A stretch of 20,000 bases of DNA from Pseudogymnoascus verrucosus (lineage: Eukaryota), in the NCBI GenBank assembly GCA_001662655.1, contig KV460233.1; one strand, 5' to 3'. Below are positions 10,563 to 19,533 of this stretch, one piece after another (the first letter of the stretch is position 1; each line of letters begins with the position of its first letter). The position numbers and the translations under genes are program-made. The notes below the pieces were generated by a model that was given only the letters and a program-made list of their open reading frames with translations, ran no database searches and was not told where the DNA came from.

Positions 10563-13500
10563 TTAAACATCATCCTCCTCAAGAATTTCAATGGACCAAT
10601 CTAGCGGATCTAGCCTCTGAGGTTGATTTGAAACCGTGGCGTAGTTCTCTAGTACATCAGCAATATCCTCATAGGCTTCTATAATAGGTCCTCTTTCCAC
10701 ATCAGTAGAATCATCACATATATTCTTTGCTAGTTGAAGAGCGGTCATCCCATACGAGCTAACCAACGTCCTATCCGCACCAACATCAAGAAGCCAACTC
10801 AGTCCATTGAATAAGTCATTCCTTTTAAAGTCCCCATAGCGGCCGAAGGCGTCATTTACGAGACTATGAAGCAACGTCATTCCACGGTTGTCTTGCTCGT
10901 TAACGCCAAGTCGGCCGTCACGTAGGAGCAAAACGACGGGCCTGAATGGCGCGATTCTCGGGTGTCCGAACCATCTGTATAGATGAAAAGGTGCTTGCCC
11001 GGTGGTCGAACGCAAAGATGGGTCAGCACCAAGCACCAGACAACGGACTGCGAATGCGTAGCACGTTTCCGAGCTATACCACAATTGTGGCATTCTTTCG
11101 AATGCATAATGAAGAATCGTCTGGCCGCACTCGTCCCTAGCGTTAATATCAATCTTCAACTCTGAAATGACAAACTCTAACTCCTCTCCACTTCCTTGGA
11201 CAGCGAAGTACTTTCGAGACTTAGCTGCTGCTTTGAGGATTTTGTCTGCGGCTGCAGTGCTTGCACCCCACTGATTCACAAATATACGAGCAAGGGCGAC
11301 AGAATTCCCACGAATTGCATCGCAAATAGGAGTTTGACCACCAGCCCCTTCTGCTTCGATATCGTAATTATATCGCTTTAGCAGGTAACTACACATCCGT
11401 CCATTCCCAGAGCCGGCGGCCAGGTGCAGTAACGAGTCACGTTTTACGCCTTTTTTGATCGACTTGATGTCTTCGTCGATGATGCGTTGACCAATTTTTG
11501 TCCCCGCCAAGATTTGGAAGATCTCTAAATCGCCCCGTTTTGTAGCGTATTGTAAAGCACTTTCGCTATTCCAAGATGTGCATCGACTTTCTATGTTCGC
11601 CTTGTAGCTTAAAAGTAGCTGGATTAGCTCAGTATTTCCGCTATCAATTGCAAGACACAGCGGTGACCGGCCGGAGAGCCCGTAATCGCTGTGTCCTGCA
11701 AGCCGGTTGACGTATCGCTGGAACGTGAATGGTGAGGTAAGCTTCCTTCGTTTTAGTAACTTCGTCGCCAAAGCTACAAGTCCAAATTCGCAAGAAAATT
11801 GAAGTAAGTTTATAGCTTCTGTGCTTGAGAGTTCTTTACTGCTCGCATTCCGCCATTTGTCTCTAATAGCTGACATATCCGAGAAGAAAAGCGGGTTCCT
11901 ATCAATTAATTGCCAAAGGCCCTTGTCTTGTAGTCGTTTCAGGTGTAGGTCCCAATTCGATTGTGCGTATTGGGCTAGAGGGTATCCATTGATGTCTTTG
12001 TATCCCTGCCAAGGGCGTTGATCTTCAACACATTTAAGCCATTCGTTCTGCATAGAAGATAGCAATTGACAGGCGATGTCAAGATCACCCTGTGCCTTAT
12101 TCACGTGGAAAGCCGAGATTGCATGGTGCCTGGCTAGTCCAAAAAGGAAGTCTTTAACGCTTTGGTGGACAAAGGTTACTCTAATACTGATTGAGGACGA
12201 GGCATCTTGAGACTCCTCCTCATCAGCATCGCTAAGGCGAGAAAGCTGAAGTAAGTGGCCACAAGATTCAATATAGCTCTCACAGAGCTCTTCTTTTGAT
12301 AGATAACCGGATGCATTAATCCGCATGGCTTCAGCTAGCTGAGGCACTGTCAGTGGAAACATAGCCAGCGAAATCCATTTCAGCATAGTTGCGATGATGG
12401 CAATGTTGTCTGGCTTTATACTCAGCAATATTCGCTCATAAATCTCATCCAGCCCTTTTGGGAGTGTTTGCAGTGCCTTTTCGATCCCGGGTACCGTTTG
12501 CTTCTCAAGGTCATCAGCCATGAAGCTGACCCAGAGGAATGTATCTTGCGATTTCTCCCGAAACGTCTCTTCGATGTGCTTAACAAGGCTCGTAGAAATC
12601 CCCTTTCGCTCGGCCAGTTGCGCAACTCGAGAGGTGATGTATGAATTTATGTCGGGTTGATTGCTGATCTGATCGGAATCTAGGTCGATTCGCGGGAATG
12701 AGCCCAGCATTCTCTCGAGACACTCGGGGTGTCTCCGACTAAGAATTATGAGACTTAGTCTATGCTTGTCTACGCTCTCTGTGAAGAGTATCTTAATCTT
12801 CTGAAGTAGATTCGGAAGAGAATCATCGGCGCATTCATCTAGTCCGTCAAGGACGCAGATCAAATCCGTCCCAAGGTCCAGGTCCTCTAGCATTGTCTGG
12901 AATATCCTCCAAAGACTTTCGAAGGAGTTGCTATTGAATAAAGCATCCTGTTGTATTTTCCATGGAGTAAATACATGGTGTAGAAGTCGCGGGTATTTGT
13001 CGATAAGTTGATATAGTAGGCCACGGATGATCGCAACAGCCGTGTTCCGAGATGCGTCTTTATTATCGCAAAAGAAGTATATAACATGTGCAGACTCTGA
13101 TAGGCGCTTGGTGAGAAAGATAGAGATAAAAGTCTTTCCTTTTCCTGGCCCTCCTGATAGCCAAAGAAGACTCGGAGGAGACATGATCCAAGCCTTATAC
13201 TCGTCGGTAGATGTGATCCACTCACATGTGCCCTCGACTCTGACGCCCTTGGCAGTAATGATTGCATCTCGATGATCGGTTGGATTAGTGATGAAGAGAC
13301 TTTTCAGACATCGCTCTTCTTCAGTTCCAGGCTGAATCGCTGCTTTGATGAATTGGACATCTTGCGCGGTTTGATACCCTTGCGTGCTACCTTGCTGTTA
13401 GTCGTAGAACTAGACTCGGTATGGTTGTAATACATACAATTGAGAAATATTGATCTTAATTAACAACGTCCCCTTAAATCGTTGTAGCTCCTCGAAATGC

Positions 13501-13841
13501 TTTATCACTACTGGTTCCTGGTCTATGCCTTTGATGGCCAGCCAAGTCTTATGTAACCGCGAGTCACTAGCTGTGAAATCAAGGCCGCTGAAGATATCTA
13601 TAAGGCCACGACAGATAGTTCTGCAGCTTTCGATGGTGGCATCGATTTCATAGCCGTCGAGGGTAGGCAACGCTTCGATATTCTTGATAAGCCCCAATAA
13701 ATCTTCAACTTCCTGGCGCCAAGCCTCAAGCTCCTTTGGAGCGCCCTGATATTTGTCGCGGATAGACCTAATCAGCTGGACTAGCTTGAAGGCATCTCTA
13801 ACAAGCTGCTCCGCCGCAGCCGCTGCTCCTAGGCCTTCCAT
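10563..13841 (-). CDS. Fungal NLR-like STAND protein: HeLo-like/SesA-type N-terminal domain, NACHT, ankyrin repeats; complement(join(10563..13386,13438..13841)), ~1075 aa
   Basis: An intron at 13437-13387 (GTATGT..CTAAC..TAG) fuses the 13410-13859 and 10563-13184 ORFs in frame. Motifs: pre-NACHT CLKSLFITNP...RVEGTCEWI, Walker A GGPGKGKT (13154-13131), Walker B ICVLDGLDEC, and HQSVKDFL. Ankyrin units include GRSPLCLAIDSGNTELIQLLL, SLLHLAAGSGN, GQTILHYA and GMTALQLA. Confidence 0.92.
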
Positions 13842-14759
13842 TGCTGCGGTCGATCGCACTCACGGACGGCGAGGTGCAAGGTCGCACTCATAAACGTCGA
13901 GGTGTAATGTGGCAGGATGGGGGCGGGGTAACTCGACTAACGCATCCTTCTCACAGGACAACCAACTGTTGCCTGTATAGCCTCACCGCGCACGTACCAG
14001 TTGTTCTAGCCTAGTATATAACTTAACACAGACAGGGGGCCTAGTTCTCTCAAGTCCATAGTTGTGTATAATTATTCTTCATATAGTGCGGTATATATGT
14101 AGTGTCTGCTTCTTAGAGGTTAGTGTGGATGCGTGAACAGGGATAAGGAAGCCACTATTACTCTATAGCCGTTGTCTCTTGTTATAAGCCTCAGATTCTC
14201 CAATTTGCAACCAAAAGTGAACAGAACTGTAGAAAATGATTGTATGGTTGTTGGCGGATATGCCGACAACCAAGCTACTGCCCCTCGGCAACCTCTCTCA
14301 CTGTCTAACCAACATATTTCCATGACGGCGTCTAAACAGACCTAACATCTGGCCTAAGAACCGACGAGTCGTCCTCTGTCTTGCCCTCTCTTGTAGCGTC
14401 ATACCATCCCCTACTCAGCATGGCAAAAGCACCATTGAGAGAACGAAAACTCCACTATTGAAAGAACTTCTGAGGATACACACAAGAACTTCCTCTGTTT
14501 ATATCATCTTCCGGAGGATGCAGGACGAGGCAATCCACTCTCAAGCATCGTCCACAAGTTTCTATGGTGAAGATCTAGCTCGAAAGCTTCTTCTTTCCCG
14601 CAGATTTTCAGGGGAGTTGTCAGAGTGCACAGTACCGTCAGACCCTAGCTCTAGACAAACCAATTTCAGGGTGATAGGCTGTTAAGAAGAAAAGAGAACA
14701 CTTCCCGGGCCCCCCGCCGTCTCTATCCCGATTCACAAGTAGCATATATACCCCCCACC

Positions 14760-15526
14760 TTATTTCCCCTTCCCCTCCAAATTCGGATCCTCGATCTCCC
14801 CCTCCGCCGGCCTCGCCGGCGCAAATGTCCCACAATCACTACAGTCCCTTCCCCCCTTCTCCCCAGAATAGGCCTGCACCTGTTCCTTAATCTGGGTCCC
14901 CAGATCCACGCAATGGAACTCGACCTCATGAACCACCTTCCCACATGTCACGTTCGGGCAGTACCACCGCATTTTATCCACGCTCCCCTCAGGGCGGCGC
15001 TGCTCGATCACAATCCCGACTGTGTTGGCGAAGCGGATGGGGTTGTGTGGGACGTTGGGAGGAAGGAGGAACATGGAGCCTTCGGTGATGGGGAGGGTGC
15101 GCGGGATGCCGTTGTCGATGATTTTGAGGAGGAGGGTGCCGCGGTATTGGTAGAACCATTCGGGAGTGGTGTTGATGTGGTAGTCTGTGCGGGCGTTGGG
15201 GCCGCCAACGATCTGGTGGGGAGGTGGGTTAGCTGGAGCTAGATAGACAGAGTGGAGGCGCGGAGGAAGGTGGGGGGATGGAGGAGGGTACCATGACAGT
15301 CACATCTTCATCGTAGACGCAGTAGTTGTTCACAGGTGGTTGGAGGAGGTGCGAGTTCTCCTCGAGCCTGGACGAGTTAGCTGTGCTCTACTCCTCTGCG
15401 CTATTCCGCGATATCCGTGCTGCATTGTACACTTCGAATGCCACTGAGGAAGCACATTGTGCTCCAACGGCTCGCGTGTGCGCAGCTCACTTACCACTTG
15501 GGCAGGTTCAACGGGCCTGGGATCAT
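14760..15526 (-). CDS. BNA1: 3-hydroxyanthranilate 3,4-dioxygenase (kynurenine pathway of NAD+ synthesis); complement(join(14760..15212,15292..15367,15495..15526)), 186 aa
   Basis: The spliced product reads [25 protein letters not shown]...[24 protein letters not shown]...PHNPIRFANTVGIVIE...RWYCPNVTC...FHCVDLGTQIK...CSDCG. The His/Glu iron ligands and rubredoxin-like Cys pairs are present, and both introns are canonical. Confidence 0.96.
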
Positions 15527-15818
15527 TGCTTATGTTGTGTTTCTCAAACAGTCTGTCTTTTGGGTGTGTATTCTGGTAGTATAATATATATCACAGCTTC
15601 CAAACTCTCTGAAGATCCTCAATTTGCCAGAAGTCGACGTCGAAATTAGAAATTATGGTGATTCATCACTCCGTCCCCTCCGGCGATATGCCCCGCGCCG
15701 ATCCGATCACCCCACGTCCGGGTGGCCACAGCGCGCTAGCCCGCCCCAGCGCTAGTCTTGCCGGTGCAGGGGTGTCCCATTATCGCGTCACGACAGGAGG
15801 TTCGTCACAGCGGGCGTT

Positions 15819-15826
15819 TGAGCACA
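15819..15826 (-). promoter_or_regulatory. Candidate Mac1-type copper-response element (TGTGCTCA)
   Basis: TGAGCACA on the + strand reads TGTGCTCA on the - strand, ~290 nt upstream of the Ctr ATG. It matches the motif I recall for Aspergillus fumigatus Mac1. Only one copy is present. Confidence 0.35.
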
Positions 15827-16114
15827 TTACATTGTCTATTGCATCTGAGACGGCGAGAGGGGAAACGGTACAAATAGGCAACCGACCGCAATTCAGGACG
15901 GAGGAGATATTTTGTTTACTATTTACTGTTATTGATTGATTGTTCGAATACGCTTGGTTGTTCGATTGTTAGCTATACAATAACCCAACTACCCGGGTTT
16001 CGACGTCGACCTCGCTCCGTATAGCTGCGTCTGCGACGGCATACCAACGACGAGACACCAGAAGCAAGAGCCAAGCAACAAGAACCAAGGCTCCAAGACT
16101 CCATATCGCTCAAA

Positions 16115-16856
16115 ATGTCACACACAATGGGCCATGGCGACCATGACGCCTCCGCGGCGCGCTGCAACATGAACGTGAGTCCCTCCCTGAGTCCCCAATG
16201 CTCCTGCACACGACCAAGCTAACCCCTCCCCCAGATGCTCTTTACCTGGTCCACTCAAGATCTCTGCATTATCTTCCGCTCCTGGCACATCACCGGGCCC
16301 ATAACACTTACCATCTCCCTCCTCGCCATTGTCGCTCTCGTGGCTGGGTTCGAGGCTCTGCGCGCCACGACCGCGCGATACGATGCTGCGCTGTTGAAGC
16401 GGAGGGATGAACTACCCCGTATGTCGCATCTCTTATGTCTCCTACCCCCATCCGGCGTAGTTACACCGGGCCCATCCTTTCCCCTTTCCCGTTGTTGGCC
16501 GAGATCTTGTTTTGCTTTTCGCAGAGAGACCGCGCTGAACGCTTCGAGACGAGGAACCTGCTGAGACGACGACGCTGCTCCCAGGACAGCAACAAACTTC
16601 GAGGGATGTGCGACGCGCAAAAGTGGCGAGGAGCGCTCTGTACGGATTGCAGACGTTTTATGCGTTTATGATTATGTGAGTTCCTCCCTCTACCTTTCGG
16701 GAGGTAAATAGATAGATGGGTAGATACTAATGGAGCAGGTTGCTGTTCATGACATACAACGGACAGGTGATGATTGCCGTCGGCATTGGAGCTTTTGTGG
16801 GACACCTGGCGTTTGGGGGTGCGACGACAGCGACGAGGGAGACTGCTTGCCATTAG
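16115..16856 (+). CDS. CTR2: Ctr-family copper transporter (Ctr2/vacuolar type); join(16115..16174,16235..16418,16549[or 16585]..16675,16739..16856), ~150-162 aa
   Basis: His/Met-rich N-terminus, CNMNMLFTW...LCIIFRSWHI, TM2 MxxxM motif (FMIMLLFMTYNG), TM3 GAFVG and C-terminal ACH. The acceptor of intron 2 is uncertain. Confidence 0.92.
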
Positions 16857-17187
16857 TGGAAGGAAGGAGCAAACGGCTGAGAGAACTGGGAGGGAAGGAG
16901 CAACCAATGAAGAGACGGGATTCAAGAGGAAATAGCGAACGGACTCGCAGGGAAGGAGCAACCGATGGAGAGATGAGACTCGAAGAGCAGGTGCAAACGG
17001 AAAAGAGAACACGGAAGGAACGAGCAGATGGCCGGGGAAACAGCGACCAAGACACCATACTGCGGGCATTCCATTCTATTGAGCGAAGTGCAATTGTTTA
17101 CCATATAGTTATATATCCATCCACATCCACACCCTCCAAGACCCCTTGATCTGATAATAACCCGACCACTAGCTTCATCCATCATCC

Positions 17188-17277
17188 ATCGTACGACTCC
17201 CCCCTCATACGATTGCCCAAATTCCACATGATATATATACAGTCATACTATCGCACGATCTCCCCCTGACTATAAAA
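17188..17277 (+). promoter_or_regulatory. Array copy 1 promoter: degenerate SRE-like decamers, E-box-like element and TATA box
   Basis: ATCGTACGAC at 17188, CTCATACGAT at 17204, TTCCACATGAT at 17222, ATCGCACGAT at 17250 and TATAAAA at 17271. Confidence 0.55.
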
Positions 17278-17405
17278 GTATCGCGCATTTCCCCTGACGC
17301 TTATTATTCACCCCTTCTACTTGCCTTCTCTTCCAGAACATTACGGTCCTCGGACAGACCCAAAGCATCCTTACCACCTCAACCACAACCACAGCATCCT
17401 TCACC

Positions 17406-17997
17406 ATGGAGCATGAGGTTGCGCCAGCCCACCACCACCACCACCATCACCAAATCTCCCCCCTCTCCGCCCCTCAAGCCGCCGCCCCTCAAGCCGCAAC
17501 CCCCCACATCAACCCATCCCTCCTCTCGCAACGCACCCAATCAACTCTCGCCCCGCCGACCCCCCCGCGCTCTCCCACCATCCACGCAGCTCCTATATAC
17601 CAACTCTACCCCCCGCACGGCTTCACCCCACCCGCCTTCACCCCGCCCCCGCCCGGGGTCGGAACTAGTAGAATAGCACAGCTGCGCACGTACCTCGACC
17701 CTAGGCACCCGGATTATCAGCACGAGAGACAGCATGCTAATATTTTGGCGCCGATTTGGATGTATAGGGTGGGGCTTCTGGATGGAAGGATGCAGGTGGT
17801 GATTATAGGGGGGGAAGTGGTGACTCAGCCGGAGGCGAGGAGGTCGGGGGGGAGACGGGAGTGGTGTTGGGTTGAGGTTAGTTCTTTCCTTGTTTACCTT
17901 TTTTTTTGTTCAAGCCTATTCATTTTGTGATGGTGGTCTTTTTAACAGGGAGGGGATGTGACTGACGATGATTGTGTAGTCGGGACTTATAGTCTAA
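17406..17997 (+). CDS. Tandem-array small protein, copy 1 (His7 tract, Pro-rich N-terminus, RTYLDP domain); join(17406..17876,17980..17997), ~162 aa
   Basis: Shares IAQLRTYLDPRHPDY..QHANI...MYRVGLLDG...V.I.GG.VV...EA...WCWVE with the other three copies. GTTAGT donor at 17877, CTGAC branch, TAG at 17977-17979. Confidence 0.8.
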
Positions 17998-18066
17998 TAA
18001 CCCTTCGACATTTCTTTTACTATACCTTTTCATAGCTGCAATATAAGGTTGTACCTGAGTCCCCTG

Positions 18067-18122
18067 AATCCACGTCATAGACAGCATCGTATGATCCTGA
18101 AGGCACCTATAACTCCCTATAA
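18067..18122 (+). promoter_or_regulatory. Array copy 2 promoter module
   Basis: AATCCACGTCAT at 18067, ATCGTATGAT at 18086, TATAA at 18108 and 18118. Confidence 0.7.
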
Positions 18123-18313
18123 CTCACCTCCCCCCCTCCCGTAATTTCTCACGACTCTGCTCCCTATTCTATAGTAAGCCAGCTACTCTTACGAGTGACA
18201 CGAAATATCTCTACCACAACCACAACACAACACACCACCGAAACAATCATACCATCCTACCCCCACCAACTCCCAACAGCTACAACTACGATGTCCACCC
18301 ACTTGCCCCCGTC

Positions 18314-18637
18314 ATGCCCATCCCATTAGAGGTCTCGGTCCCGGATATAATCGCGCGTCTACGCACCTACCTCGATCCCACACAGCCTGATTATTGGCGG
18401 GTGGAACAGCATGTTAATATCCGCAAGGCTATTGCGATGTATGAGAGCGGGGAACTAGACGGGTATAAGGAGGTATTTATTAGGGATGGCAGGGTTGTGA
18501 GTAAGAAGGAGGCGCTTGAGTGTGAGGGGTGGTGTTGGTGTGAGGTTAGTCTTTCTTTCTTCTTTATGATATGTCTATAGAGAAGCTGTTTTTTTGTGAC
18601 AATGGAGTGGCTAATGATGGATGGGTAGGGGGCATAA
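18314..18637 (+). CDS. Tandem-array small protein, copy 2 (N-terminally short, possibly frameshifted); join(18314..18544,18629..18637), ~79 aa
   Basis: IIARLRTYLDPTQPDYWRVEQHVNIRKAIAMYESGELDG...WCWCE. The GTTAGT donor at 18545 sits at the same codon as in copy 1; GCTAAT branch, TAG at 18626-18628. An out-of-frame upstream ATG lies at 18291. Confidence 0.72.
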
Positions 18638-18706
18638 GTCGCTAATGACTGTTTCTCCATTTTTAGAAGAGGAATGATGTAAATATACACCTAGCTGAGT
18701 TTATAA

Positions 18707-18763
18707 AATCCACGTGATAAACAGTATCGTATGATCGTACGATCCCCCCGTCGCTATATATAA
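18707..18763 (+). promoter_or_regulatory. Array copy 3 promoter module
   Basis: AATCCACGTGAT at 18707, overlapping ATCGTATGAT (18726) and ATCGTACGAT (18734), TATATATAA at 18755. Confidence 0.72.
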
Positions 18764-18874
18764 CCTCATCCTCCCTCCCCTATCTTTTCCCACCTCCCCC
18801 TCTCTCTCCTCTCCCCCCAACAAACCCCCCCTTTCGACAAAAAACTGCCGCCCTCACCACAAGACAAACACACC

Positions 18875-19315
18875 ATGCAAATATCGACAGAATTCACCAC
18901 CCCTGACTACACTCGAGGCTCACGCCACCCCCCACCCCACCCAGTATCACCAACCCAACCAATCCTCCCCACGCCCATCCCGCCCATCATCGACGTCCCC
19001 TCCACAATTACCCACCTCCGCACCTACCTCCACCCCGACAACCCCAACTACCACCGTGTGCAAATACAGCAGCATCTCAACATCTGCAAGGCTCTCCAGA
19101 TGTATTACAGAGGGGACCTGGATGGGAGGAGTCAGGTGACGATTAAGAAGGGGAGGGTTGTGGAGAGGGAGGAGGTGCTTAGGGCGGTGAAATGCGGCTG
19201 TTGGTTGGATATAAGGAATGGGTGTTTGTACTTTGTGGAGGGGAAGGTGAGGGTGGTGGGGGATGGGGAGATGGGGGGGGGGGCGTATGTTGTGCCTCTT
19301 TCGCGGGTTTCGTAG
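18875..19315 (+). CDS. Tandem-array small protein, copy 3 (146 aa unspliced; a 3' intron from 19247 is possible)
   Basis: TITHLRTYLHPDNPNYHRVQIQQHLNICKALQMYYRGDLDG...VTIKKGRVVEREE...CGCWLD, with a Pro-rich N-terminus and a good ATG context (cacaccATG). Confidence 0.78.
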   Translation: MQISTEFTTPDYTRGSRHPPPHPVSPTQPILPTPIPPIIDVPSTITHLRTYLHPDNPNYHRVQIQQHLNICKALQMYYRGDLDGRSQVTIKKGRVVEREEVLRAVKCGCWLDIRNGCLYFVEGKVRVVGDGEMGGGAYVVPLSRVS

Positions 19316-19348
19316 GGGTGGTGTAAATGAAGTGATTGAGTTCTATTA

Positions 19349-19404
19349 AATCCACGTGATGAATGGTATCGTATGATCGTATGATGCTCTTAAGATATCT
19401 ATAA
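19349..19404 (+). promoter_or_regulatory. Array copy 4 promoter module
   Basis: AATCCACGTGAT at 19349, overlapping ATCGTATGAT at 19368 and 19376, TATAA at 19400. Confidence 0.72.
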
Positions 19405-19533
19405 CTACCTCCACCCTCCCCGGAGATTTCCCATATCCTACTTCCTTTTCTATAGTAAACCACTTGGTGACAAGAAACATCTCTACCACCACCACTACTA
19501 CCACAACTACAACCACCACCACAAAACATCATC

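Noticed and set aside
10563..11700. Highly conserved hypervariable repeats of het-e/het-d type in the NLR
   Set aside because: The ankyrin units are degenerate and differ from one another at the DNA level, so there is no sign of concerted repeat shuffling.
16461..17227. Several ORFs overlapping the Ctr 3' end (16461-17069, 16730-17149, 16922-17227)
   Set aside because: They read through introns and a purine-rich 3' UTR, giving low-complexity products with no family signal.
18067..19385. The repeated AATCCACGTGAT...ATCGTATGAT blocks as transposon ends or integron-like recombination sites
   Set aside because: There are no terminal inverted repeats, target-site duplications or recombinase in the window. 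The fixed position just upstream of a TATA box and ATG fits a promoter better.
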